This document shows, in pieces, positions 8,080 to 16,945 of a stretch of DNA of 64,000 bases. Origin of the DNA: Rhizobium sp. (lineage in GTDB: Bacteria; Pseudomonadota; Alphaproteobacteria; Rhizobiales; Rhizobiaceae); assembly GCA_019739215.1 (NCBI GenBank), contig JAHHDR010000025.1:8959-72958 (forward strand). Reading direction: 5' to 3'. The number at the start of each line of letters is the position of its first letter. Position 1 is the first letter of the stretch. The position numbers and the translations under genes were made by a program. The notes below the pieces were generated by a model. It was given only the letters and a program-made list of their open reading frames with translations, made no database searches and was not told where the DNA came from.

Positions 8080-8231
8080 GCGACCCAAGGTCGGGCGATC
8101 AATGGGTGTAGGCTGCCTCACCCAGCCGGGTTATTGCTTCGGGTTTCAAACTGGCATCTAATACAGCGGTATGACGGCGGCCCTTGTTCGGTGTCAGTCG
8201 CGAGACGTTTCCAAGGATCAGAGGAGCAAGC

Positions 8232-9275
8232 ATGCCTGTCAGCAATAAGGAACTCGCCGGTTTGATGATTTCCGGCAGGGGCATATACGCGGACTATGTC
8301 TCCGGAAACTTTGTCGGTTACACCGGCTACAGCGCCTCGTTCAAAGTATACGATGACGATCTCGACGCGATCGGCGGCGGCGAGAAGGGGGTCAAACCGA
8401 CCATCGCCGTGTCATTCATCTTCGACGAAGACGTTTCAATTTTTGATCTGAAGACTGGTGGCGGCACCTACGTCCTCGATGCCAAGACTCTGAAATACGG
8501 GACGATGGAGACTCTGGACGGCGAGCGTATCCATGGTCTCCTCTTGACTGCACCGGAGCCATCCGACCCTAGCGTCGAGATGCGCTTCTTTATCCAGCCT
8601 CGGGGATTCAGCAATACGCTTGATTGGGATTCTTTCGAGAACGCCGCCACGGGCGGCGCGATTAAATGGTCGGATTACTTCATCGTTACAACGGGCGGCA
8701 CCGGGGGCAAGGATACCTTCAAGAGTACCGAAGCTGATGAGCGCTTTTTTGGCTTCGGAGGGAACGACAAGGCGACCGTCGGCGGTGGCAACGACTATCT
8801 TGATGGAGGCGCCGGTGTCGATACGCTTGATTTTGGTAAGCTCTCCCAGAGGATTTCTATCTTTGCTCCTGAGCCAGGAGAGTCCGAATACAGCATTTCC
8901 AACGGTCTCACCTATATAAACTTTGAGAATTTTGCCGGAAGTGCCTTCAACGACTATGTAGCGGGAAACTCACAAAACAATGTCCTCGCGGGAAGAGGCG
9001 GAGATGACACCCTGAATGGAGGCATGGGAGCCGATATTTTCGCTTTTCGGACAGGTGATCAGATGGATACCATCGAAGATTTTGAAGCGAGCGGCGCACA
9101 GCAGGATCGCATCAACCTATCTGGCCTCGATAGCGTTCAGAACTGGAAAGATTTGAAGAAAAACCATCAGCAGGCTACGGAAGAAGGCGTATCAATCGAT
9201 GGTGGAAATGGAGACATCCTGATTCTCTCGAACGTCGACGTCGCGGACCTTGGAAAAGGTGACTTCATCTTTTGA
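8232..9275 (+). CDS. RTX-type Ca-binding secreted protein with unrecognised N-terminal domain
   Basis: GGNDYLDGGAGVDTL and GRGGDDTLNGGMGADIF nonapeptides; C-terminal DFIF (T1SS-like end); SD GAGGAG before the ATG at 8232. Confidence 0.85.
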   Translation: MPVSNKELAGLMISGRGIYADYVSGNFVGYTGYSASFKVYDDDLDAIGGGEKGVKPTIAVSFIFDEDVSIFDLKTGGGTYVLDAKTLKYGTMETLDGERIHGLLLTAPEPSDPSVEMRFFIQPRGFSNTLDWDSFENAATGGAIKWSDYFIVTTGGTGGKDTFKSTEADERFFGFGGNDKATVGGGNDYLDGGAGVDTLDFGKLSQRISIFAPEPGESEYSISNGLTYINFENFAGSAFNDYVAGNSQNNVLAGRGGDDTLNGGMGADIFAFRTGDQMDTIEDFEASGAQQDRINLSGLDSVQNWKDLKKNHQQATEEGVSIDGGNGDILILSNVDVADLGKGDFIF

Positions 9276-9284
9276 GAAATGCAT

Positions 9285-9304
9285 GAACGCCGCAGCGGGC
9301 GTTC
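9285..9304. terminator. Hairpin after the RTX gene
   Basis: GAACGCC-N6-GGCGTTC, 9 nt after the stop codon; no clear U-tract. Confidence 0.35.
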
Positions 9305-9309
9305 GGCGC

Positions 9310-9704
9310 CAAGCGACCGTGACCTTCTTGCCGTTGACAAGGAGGGATTCGACACGGTCGCGGACTTCGATGGGGGTGGACGGCTTTGCCAACTCGTAGA
9401 GGGCTGTAGCTGTCAAATCCCAAACCGTTTGGGATTTGCCGGCATAGACCGTCGCAACACGCATGAAGTTGTTCGCTGTCTCACCGCTCATCGAGAATTC
9501 CTTCTCGATCCACGGCAGGAACATTCCATGCGGAAGCCGCTCCTTCTGCCGCTTCAGCGCCAGGCCAACAGCGATGATGCTCTCGGCGGCTGATTTCATG
9601 TGCGCCTTGATCAGCGCGGCGTCCTCGCGGGCTGCCGCTTCATCCTCACGGCTGAGGGCGGCATACGAAAACAGATCTGGTTCTGGCTGGGTTTTGGTGA
9701 GCAT
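9310..9704 (-). pseudogene. DUF3102-like phage protein, C-terminally truncated
   Basis: IIAVGLALKRQKERLPHGMFLPWIEKEF.MS..TA.NFMRVA...TALYELAKPSTP motif. After KKVTVA the frame reads antisense into the RTX gene end (stop at 9192). Confidence 0.65.
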
Positions 9705-9779
9705 CTGAAAACCTGCGCCAGTCGGCGTGTCGTGATGCTGTTCCGAGATTTTCCAGAGTTTTTCCGTGATGTTTCCGTT

Positions 9780-10094
9780 TTAGTCCTCACTTGGAGGAGC
9801 GACATTCGATGTATCGCACCGATAAACGGCTTCCGGAAACTGGATCTTGTGAGCCTCGACCATCTCTCGGCAGAAACCAAGATTGTTCACGAAGCCGTAG
9901 AAAACCGCCACCTTGTCCCATGTCCCTAACACGGTGAATTTCATCAACCAAGCGTCCGGTGCACCGCCATAAAGCGGCTCCTTGAAGAGTTCGTCAACGC
10001 GCCGATCCGCTTCGTCGAATCGACTTTGCCCGCGACTATCATCAATCTGTGAGAAGATCGCTACGGCAACCACCAGCCAGACCCGGCACTGCAT
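9780..10094 (-). CDS. Small putative exported hypothetical protein
   Basis: Hydrophobic N-terminus (MQCRVWLVVAVAIF) and a Cys pair (FCRE...YRC). Confidence 0.5.
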   Translation of the reverse strand: MQCRVWLVVAVAIFSQIDDSRGQSRFDEADRRVDELFKEPLYGGAPDAWLMKFTVLGTWDKVAVFYGFVNNLGFCREMVEAHKIQFPEAVYRCDTSNVAPPSED

Positions 10095-10132
10095 TTGCTT
10101 CCCCCCGATCGAAACCAAGACGCCCTCAAACA

Positions 10133-10147
10133 GAACCCCACCGGAAC
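10133..10147. promoter_or_regulatory. Candidate alphaproteobacterial LexA (SOS) box
   Basis: Exact GAAC-N7-GAAC (GAACCCCACCGGAAC). Confidence 0.4.
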
Positions 10148-10215
10148 CCCGCCCTCACTGAGGCGGCATTCATCAGTAATTGATGCCAGCAACGCATTGT
10201 TTTTATTGGTTTTTT

Positions 10216-10291
10216 TGGTGAGCGCACAGGGATTCGAACCCTGGACCTACTGATTAAAAGTCAGTTGCTCTACCGGCTGAGCTATGCGCTC
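10216..10291 (-). tRNA. tRNA-Lys (anticodon UUU)
   Basis: 76-nt cloverleaf: GAGCGCA acceptor stem, D arm GCTC/GAGC, anticodon loop CTTTTAA, T loop TTCGAAT, encoded CCA. Confidence 0.97.
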
Positions 10292-10337
10292 CCATGACGG
10301 GAAGGGGCGGTCGCGCCGCCCTCCGGAAACGCGGCGA

Positions 10338-10366
10338 TACATAGGGAACAGCCTCTCCAGGGTCAA
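10338..10366 (-). promoter_or_regulatory. Sigma70-type promoter of tRNA-Lys
   Basis: Minus strand TTGACC-N17-TATGTA. Confidence 0.5.
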
Positions 10367-10486
10367 CCCTGAAAAGCGCTGGTCGCGAATAAATGCGGCA
10401 TATGCGCGCCTCAATAAAAGGTGACTGGCAGCGAGCGCGCCGATTGTTTATGGCAGGCGCTGGAAATGTGATCTGAGGGACAGGGA

Positions 10487-11239
10487 TTGGCAGTCGCCGA
10501 GGTTTCTTATCTGAGTGCGCTCGGGGCGGGTGCTCTTTCGTTCCTGTCGCCCTGCGTACTCCCGCTCGTGCCGCCCTATCTCTGCTACATGGCGGGCGTT
10601 TCGGTCGAGGAATTCCGCAATCCTGACGCGCCGGGCAGTTCGGGCGTCGCATCCCGTCGAGCGGTGCTGCTGTCGTCCTTCCTGTTCACGCTCGGCTTTG
10701 CCACCGTCTTCGTGGCGCTCGGTGCCTCCGCCACCTCGATTGGCATGCTGCTCAGGACGCATCTCGACATTCTCGCCCAGATCGGCGGGGTCATCATCAT
10801 CCTGATGGGCCTGAACTTCCTCGGCGTTCTCAGGATACCGCTGCTGTCGCGCGAGGCCCGGTTCCAGGGCGGCGGGCAGCCGGCAACACTCACGGGCGCC
10901 TATCTCATGGGGCTTGCCTTCGCCTTTGGCTGGACGCCCTGCATCGGCCCCATACTGGGCGCGATTCTCGCGGTCGCGGCGTCGCAGCAGACGGTGGGGC
11001 AGGGGGCGTCGCTGCTCGGCGTCTATTCGCTCGGCCTCGCCGTGCCGTTCTGGCTGGCCGCCGGCTTTTCGGGCGCCTTCATGGCGTTCCTCTCCCGTTT
11101 CCGTCGCCATCTCGGCATGATGGAAAAGGTCATCGGCGCGCTGCTGGTACTCACCGGTCTCGCCTTTATCTTCGGCTATGTCAGCGATGTCGCCATCTGG
11201 TTCCAGCAGACCTTCCCGATCCTCATGCAGATCGGTTAG
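10487..11239 (+). CDS. ccdA: Cytochrome c biogenesis protein CcdA
   Basis: SFLSPCVLPLVP and FGWTPCIGPILG conserved Cys motifs; multiple TM segments. Confidence 0.92.
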   Translation: MAVAEVSYLSALGAGALSFLSPCVLPLVPPYLCYMAGVSVEEFRNPDAPGSSGVASRRAVLLSSFLFTLGFATVFVALGASATSIGMLLRTHLDILAQIGGVIIILMGLNFLGVLRIPLLSREARFQGGGQPATLTGAYLMGLAFAFGWTPCIGPILGAILAVAASQQTVGQGASLLGVYSLGLAVPFWLAAGFSGAFMAFLSRFRRHLGMMEKVIGALLVLTGLAFIFGYVSDVAIWFQQTFPILMQIG

Positions 11240-11349
11240 TGCCGGCCGAAAAGTTGTCGCTGCGGACGCCCCGGGCCACTCCCAGACTTGCAGCCCGTGT
11301 ATATCCGGAATAACTGGACATTCGTCCAACAGATCAGCAAGCACAGGCC

Positions 11350-12312
11350 ATGGCCGAAATCTCCTCACTCGTCCTGCCGTTCTTCGGCCTGATATTGCTC
11401 GGCTATCTCGCTGCGCGATGGTGGAAGCTCGACGAATCCGGGCTCGGCTGGCTCAATATCTTCATCATCTACATCGCGTTGCCCGCGCTGTTCTTCAAGA
11501 TCATCGCCAAGACGCCGCTCGAGCAGCTGGCGCGCTTCGACTTTATTCTCACCAGCCTTGCGGCGACATACACGGTCTTCATCCTGCTCTTCTTTCTCGG
11601 TCGCTACGCCACGCGCAGCACGATCGGCGAGGCGACGGTCCAGGGCCTCGCCGGTGCCTATGGCAATATCGGCTATCTCGGTCCGGGCATTGCGCTGGCG
11701 GCCTTCGGGGAGGCTGCAGCCCTGCCGCTGGCGCTGATCTTCGCCTTCGAGAACATGGTGCATTTCAGCGTGGCGCCGGCACTGATGGCCTTCGACGGCC
11801 GCGATAGCCGGCGCCCGCTGGTCCTGGCGCGAGACGTGGCGACCAGGATCGCCACCCATCCCTTCATCATCGCGACCGCGGCCGGGTTCGTTGCGGCCGG
11901 CACGGGCTTCACCCCGCCGCTTGTCGCGCAAACCCTGATCGACAACCTTGCCCCGGCGGCGGCACCCTGCGCGCTTTTCGCCATGGGCGTCACGCTCGCG
12001 CTGCGCCCGCTCAAGCGCGTGCCTGCCGAGATACCCTATATCGTGCCCGCCAAGCTCATCGTGCTGCCGGCGGTGATGTATCTCTATCTCAGCCTCACCG
12101 GCGACTATCCAGATGTCTGGGTGGCGACAGCCCTGCTGCTGGCGGCCCTGCCGACGGCAACCAATGTCTTTGTCATCGCCCAGCAATATTCGACGTGGCA
12201 GGAGCGGGCGTCCGCCACCGTGATGATCACGACGGTTATTTCCGTCGTGACGGTCTCGGGATTGCTCTACTTGATCAAGTCAGGCGCGTTTCCGACGGAT
12301 CTCTTCCCGTAG
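11350..12312 (+). CDS. AEC (auxin efflux carrier) family transporter
   Basis: ALPALFF, YGNIGYLG and LPTATNVFV motifs; about 10 TM segments. Confidence 0.88.
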   Translation: MAEISSLVLPFFGLILLGYLAARWWKLDESGLGWLNIFIIYIALPALFFKIIAKTPLEQLARFDFILTSLAATYTVFILLFFLGRYATRSTIGEATVQGLAGAYGNIGYLGPGIALAAFGEAAALPLALIFAFENMVHFSVAPALMAFDGRDSRRPLVLARDVATRIATHPFIIATAAGFVAAGTGFTPPLVAQTLIDNLAPAAAPCALFAMGVTLALRPLKRVPAEIPYIVPAKLIVLPAVMYLYLSLTGDYPDVWVATALLLAALPTATNVFVIAQQYSTWQERASATVMITTVISVVTVSGLLYLIKSGAFPTDLFP

Positions 12313-13491
12313 GAAGTCCGGCAGGAGGCGAAACCCACGGCCCGGCGCCACGCCCTCGTTCATCGCGAGATAGCGTAGCGGCGGCAGCGCCGACAGCAGG
12401 TGCAGTCCTGCCGCCCGCAGCATCTGGATTGGCAGGAAACCCGATAGCAGCGAGCTGTTGAAGAGATCGATGGCCGCGGTCCGGCTGACGATGTCGGCGC
12501 GCCGGCGCCGGTCGTACGTATCCCCGATCGCCAACATGCCGTTCGAGGACCGGCGCTCGACGGCAAGGTCGAGCGCGGTCTGAATGTCACGCAGGCTCAG
12601 GTTCAAGCCCTGGGCGCCGATCGGCGGGAAAACATGCGCCGCCTCGCCAACGAGGACCACGGGTCCGTGGCCAAAGCGCCGCGCCGTCATCGCGGACAGG
12701 GGCCAGCCTTGCGGCGCGCCCTCGACCGTGACCCTGCCGAGCATCGACCTCATCTGTGCCTCGATCCGCCTGTCGAGCGTCTCCGCCGGCAGCCCGAGGA
12801 TCTCGCCCGCCTCGGGCGGCGTGACGACCCAAACGAGACTAGACCTGTTGCCGGGCAAGGGCACCTGGGTGAATGGCCCGGAGCGGGTATGAAACTCCGT
12901 CGAGACGCCGCCATGCGGCCGGTCGTGGGCGAAGTTGAGCACGACAGCCGTCTGGGGATAGGTCTTCGTATTGACGGTGATTCCTGCGGCCTCGCGCATC
13001 GGCGACCTTCGCCCGTCCGCGGCGACCGCCAGGCGGGCGTCGACCTCCGACCCGTCTGACAGCACCAGCCGGACCGAATCGGCCGCTAGATCGGCTCGGA
13101 CGACGCTCGAGCCGATCATCCTGACATTGTCGAGCATTGCCAGTTCAGATTGCAGGATGGACAGGAAGGGTGCATTCGGAATGTTGTAGCCGAACGCCTC
13201 CAGGCCGATCTCGCTCGCGCGGAATTTCACAGGCGGCGCATGCAGCAGCCGGCCGGTCGCATCGATGATCTGCATGCTCGCCAGTGGCGCCGCTTCCGGC
13301 AATACCCGGCTCCAGATACCGAGGCTGGCGAGGAACCCGATCGACTGGTCCATCAGCGCGGTGGTGCGGCCATCCTGCAGGCCGGTATCGGGCGTGATCA
13401 GGACCGTGTCGAAACCCTGTCGTGCGAAAGCCAGCGCGGCGATCCGGCCGGCGAGGCCGCCTCCGACGACAGCGACATCATGCTCAGTCAT
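12280..13491 (-). CDS. UbiH/UbiF family FAD-dependent hydroxylase
   Basis: VVGGGLAG, AADGRRS and GEAAHVFPPIGAQGLNL motifs. Confidence 0.9.
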   Translation of the reverse strand: MTEHDVAVVGGGLAGRIAALAFARQGFDTVLITPDTGLQDGRTTALMDQSIGFLASLGIWSRVLPEAAPLASMQIIDATGRLLHAPPVKFRASEIGLEAFGYNIPNAPFLSILQSELAMLDNVRMIGSSVVRADLAADSVRLVLSDGSEVDARLAVAADGRRSPMREAAGITVNTKTYPQTAVVLNFAHDRPHGGVSTEFHTRSGPFTQVPLPGNRSSLVWVVTPPEAGEILGLPAETLDRRIEAQMRSMLGRVTVEGAPQGWPLSAMTARRFGHGPVVLVGEAAHVFPPIGAQGLNLSLRDIQTALDLAVERRSSNGMLAIGDTYDRRRRADIVSRTAAIDLFNSSLLSGFLPIQMLRAAGLHLLSALPPLRYLAMNEGVAPGRGFRLLPDFLREEIRRKRA

Positions 13492-13605
13492 GGCAGGGAT
13501 TCCCTTTCGATCCAGTCGCAGGACAATAGGGATCTTCCATGCGTCTTTCAAATGGCCCCGGGCCACCGCGACGATCTGTCAGTCATTCGAAGCCCTCGGG
13601 CGACG

Positions 13606-14226
13606 TCAATCCCGCCGGCCACCCTCGAGGACGCGAAGATGGGTGATGCGCGCTGCCGGGCTGCCGAGATTGCTGCTCGCGACGCTGCGGGAGGCGAGGG
13701 ACGCGGCGCTGGCGGCAGGACGGGGGGCGCCGTCGGCGTCCACATGCATGAAGAACAGGTCGGCAGGGGTCAGGAACCGCCAGCGATCCTCGGCAGGAAT
13801 GGAGGACTCGAGCGTCACCAGGGAGCCGAAGATCCGGTCGCAATGCTCGGCGTTGGAAAACAGCGGCAGCAGCAGCATCTCGAGCGCCATCGTGTCACCT
13901 TCCTCGTCGATCGCCGTCACAGCCAGTTCCAGCGCCGTGCGGTTGGCGAGCACCGTATCGGCGGCAAGCCGCATGCGGTGACGCACGGTCTCCTCCCAGA
14001 TCTCGGTGAAGGCGCGCTCGCGCAATTCATGTCCCATGATGAGACAGACGCGGGTGCCGGCCAACCGGAATCGAACGCTTCCGTCGCGCTTCTTCTCCAG
14101 GATGAAAAGATCCGGCAACACCGACTTCAGTGCGGACGGATCGATCTCGTTGCGCAGCGGGGCGGTGCGATCGGCCCGCAACTCGTTGAAATAATGGAAT
14201 ACCGCTTCAGTCGTCTTGTGTCGCAT
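13606..14226 (-). CDS. PAS domain protein (PAS_5-like)
   Basis: YFNELR..R.AP.R.EIDP...LPDLFILE...FRLAGT motif; HLRVLEGGR tail. Confidence 0.8.
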   Translation of the reverse strand: MRHKTTEAVFHYFNELRADRTAPLRNEIDPSALKSVLPDLFILEKKRDGSVRFRLAGTRVCLIMGHELRERAFTEIWEETVRHRMRLAADTVLANRTALELAVTAIDEEGDTMALEMLLLPLFSNAEHCDRIFGSLVTLESSIPAEDRWRFLTPADLFFMHVDADGAPRPAASAASLASRSVASSNLGSPAARITHLRVLEGGRRD

Positions 14227-14540
14227 GGGTCAATTCCTGTCCTTCGATCCCGAGGGGATCCGGGCGGATCATGGCCGATTCCAGGGCCGCTCACAGATGA
14301 CGCAGCGATTTCCGTGCCAGTGGGGCTGGTTAACCACCGGCCTCGTCCGTTAAGGTTAACAGACGGTTTCGATTGCCTCGGGGCAGCGGCAATGCCACAA
14401 ATTGGCCATCGAAGTATCGTCCATCAGCACTTCGATCTTGACATATGAGACCTCCACGTCTCCGTCGTGCCGTCCAGCAGAAATGCTGGACGGCATCTTT
14501 TTTGATGCTAAGACCGTGCCGACAGCGACCGGAGGCAGGC

Positions 14541-15257
14541 TTGATCACAGCACAAAGGAAGTTCGACCAGGACGGGGGCATCCCGCCGAAGCGCGAACCG
14601 ATTTTCAACATTCCCGGCATCCTGACGCTCTACGTGGCTGTACTTGTCGCCATCCATGCCATCCGTGCCTACATCCTGACGCCCGATCTCGACCAGTGGC
14701 TGGTATCGGTGGGGGCATTCATTCCCGCGCGCTACCTGCACCCCGTCGCCGAACAGAGCGCGCTGGGCTATTTCGCGGGTCCGGTCGCCTATTCGCTGCT
14801 GCACGGCGGCTGGGCGCATCTGGGGTCGAACGCGCTGTTTCTCGTCATCTTCGCAACGCCGCTGACCGCCAGGATCGGCGCCTATCGTTTCACCATCCTT
14901 TGGGTCACGTCGGCGGTCGCCAGTGCTTTCTTTCTAGCTGTCCTGACACGTTTCGAGGTCAGTTATCTCGTGGGTGCCTCCGGCGTTGTCTCGGCGGCGG
15001 CGGGGGCGAGTTGTCGCTTCGCCGTTCCGCTGCTCGGCACCGATCGGGTGAGGGCGGGGCGCTTTGCGCCGCGGCTGGGAATGATCGAGGCGCTCGGCCA
15101 GCGATCGGTCGTGGTCTTCGTGGCGATCTGGCTGCTCTTCAATGTCGTTCTGGCCGGTGTCGACAGTTCGCAGAACATCGCCTGGCAGGCGCATCTCGGC
15201 GGCTTCCTGTTCGGCTACCTCACCTTCGGCCTGTTCGATCCACCGCTGCGGCGCTGA
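14541..15257 (+). CDS. Rhomboid family intramembrane serine protease
   Basis: LLHGGWAHLGSN, GASG and AWQAHLGG motifs; TTG start after GGAGG. Confidence 0.9.
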   Translation: MITAQRKFDQDGGIPPKREPIFNIPGILTLYVAVLVAIHAIRAYILTPDLDQWLVSVGAFIPARYLHPVAEQSALGYFAGPVAYSLLHGGWAHLGSNALFLVIFATPLTARIGAYRFTILWVTSAVASAFFLAVLTRFEVSYLVGASGVVSAAAGASCRFAVPLLGTDRVRAGRFAPRLGMIEALGQRSVVVFVAIWLLFNVVLAGVDSSQNIAWQAHLGGFLFGYLTFGLFDPPLRR

Positions 15258-15379
15258 ACGTTCCCCGATCCATTTCAGCAATCGCTTTTTTCTTGCATTC
15301 GCCGTCTTTCAAGAGCACGATGAAACCGTCGGCCAACGGGCCGGAGTGCTTTGCATCCACGCAAGCGGAGGAGAAGTGC

Positions 15380-15808
15380 ATGCATGTGAGAGCGATACTC
15401 GAAGAGAAGGGCCGCAACGTCCTGACGATCAAACCCGATGCCACACTGCAGGACGCGGCACGCGTGCTTCAGGAAAACAGGATCGGTGCGCTGGTCGTCG
15501 TCGGGTTGAACGAACAGATCAAGGGAATCCTGTCCGAGCGCGATATCGTATCGGCGGTTGCCCGGCATGGCGCCGGGGCACTGGCCACGACGGTATCGTC
15601 GGCGATGACCGCCAACGTCCACCGGTGCACGGAAGACATGACCGTCGACGGGGTAATGTCGCTGATGAGCGAGAAACGCTGTCGCCACCTGCCGGTGGAG
15701 ACGAACGGGCGGCTTGCCGGGATGGTATCGATCGGCGACGTGGTCAAGTCCCGCATCCGCGAGATCGAGTTCGAGGCCCGGGAGATCAAGGCCTATATCG
15801 CAGGGTGA
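15380..15808 (+). CDS. CBS domain-containing protein
   Basis: IGALVV..GILSERD and RHLPV..GMVSIGDVVK; SD GGAGGAG. Confidence 0.9.
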   Translation: MHVRAILEEKGRNVLTIKPDATLQDAARVLQENRIGALVVVGLNEQIKGILSERDIVSAVARHGAGALATTVSSAMTANVHRCTEDMTVDGVMSLMSEKRCRHLPVETNGRLAGMVSIGDVVKSRIREIEFEAREIKAYIAG

Positions 15809-15835
15809 CCTGCGCAGGTCCGGACGCGCCGCCGG

Positions 15836-16834
15836 CTACCAGCCGGCGCGAACGGCATCCTGCATGCGCTTGATTTCGCCGATCTTGGCCTTGGCTTCCT
15901 CATAGCCACGGTCGATCGCCTCCGCGGCGCGATGAAACTCCGACAGCCCGATATCCGAGAGCCGCGGCTGCAAGGCGAGATCTGGGGGATCGCCGGCCAG
16001 TCGGGCCCGGGAAATACGATCCTGGATGATGTTGAAGGCCTCCACCATCACGCCCGTTAGGCCGATATGGGCGGGCCTGCCGAGATCGCTTTGTCGTTGC
16101 AACTGTCTTTCGAGCGGCGTCTGCTGGCTGGCCACGTGCTTGACCACCGCGGAGCGACCGTAAAGGTCGTAATGCAGGTTGACTGCGACGACGAGCGGCT
16201 GTTCATAGGACCGGCAGACCGATACAGGCACCGGGTTGACCAGCGCGCCATCCACGAGAAGACGGCTGCCGCAATGCACCGGCTCGAAAATGCCGGGCAG
16301 GGCATAGGATGCGCGAATTGCCGTAATCAGGTTGCCGGAATCGATCCAGACCTCGTGGCCGGTGCGGATTTCGGTGGCCACCGCCACGAACCGGCGATCG
16401 AGATGCTCGATGTCGAGGCCCTCGAGATGCTCCTGCATGCGCTTGGTCAGTCGCAGGCCCGCGAACAGGCCCCCGCCGCCGATGGTGAAATCGAGCAGCG
16501 CGGCCATGCGGCGCATCGTCAGCGAACGGGCGAAACTTTCGAGTTCCTCGAGCTTGCCGGCGATATAGCAGCCGCCAACCAGCGCGCCGATCGACGTGCC
16601 CGCAATCATGCCGACTTCGATCCCTTCCTCGTCGAAAGCCTTGAGAACGCCGATATGGGCCCAGCCACGCGCGGCACCGCCGCCAAGGGCAAGGGCCAGC
16701 TTCGGCTTGGGCGGCCGAGATTGGGGGACAAGCGAGGCGTCCGCGGGCTGTCCCGGCGTACCCGCGACCGTGGAAACGCCATTCTCCAGCGAAGGTGCGG
16801 GATCAGTGTGTCGGGTGAAGTTCCAGTTCAGCAT
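15836..16834 (-). CDS. Patatin-like phospholipase (RssA-like)
   Basis: GGGAARG, GTSIG and DGA motifs. Confidence 0.9.
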   Translation of the reverse strand: MLNWNFTRHTDPAPSLENGVSTVAGTPGQPADASLVPQSRPPKPKLALALGGGAARGWAHIGVLKAFDEEGIEVGMIAGTSIGALVGGCYIAGKLEELESFARSLTMRRMAALLDFTIGGGGLFAGLRLTKRMQEHLEGLDIEHLDRRFVAVATEIRTGHEVWIDSGNLITAIRASYALPGIFEPVHCGSRLLVDGALVNPVPVSVCRSYEQPLVVAVNLHYDLYGRSAVVKHVASQQTPLERQLQRQSDLGRPAHIGLTGVMVEAFNIIQDRISRARLAGDPPDLALQPRLSDIGLSEFHRAAEAIDRGYEEAKAKIGEIKRMQDAVRAGW

Positions 16835-16945
16835 CGGACGTAATCCTGTCTCTGCCGGATAACGTTTGTGGCCCTTCTATTGATGCACGGCCAAGTTAAG
16901 AAAGGCGAAACATCGCGGAATATTGGCCAGAATTGAGGCAGATGC

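Larger units (their letters stand above)
1..10215. mobile_element. Right end of a degraded prophage / genomic island integrated at tRNA-Lys; left boundary outside the window
   Basis: Phage-like genes (terS, tail chaperone, tape measure, SRAP, DUF3102-like), an IS and visibly more AT-rich cargo genes run up to the CCA end of a tRNA; housekeeping genes begin just beyond it. No integrase is visible in the window. Confidence 0.8.

Noticed and set aside
10254-10652. 132-aa minus-strand ORF
   Set aside because: Overlaps the tRNA-Lys gene and ccdA; spurious.
12280-12312. 33-bp convergent overlap of the AEC and UbiH/F genes
   Set aside because: Short tail-to-tail overlaps are common in compact GC-rich genomes; both genes look intact.
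14402-15808. 468-aa ORF suggesting a long CBS fusion protein
   Set aside because: The upstream part is an alternative frame of the rhomboid gene; the CBS gene starts at 15380 with its own SD.
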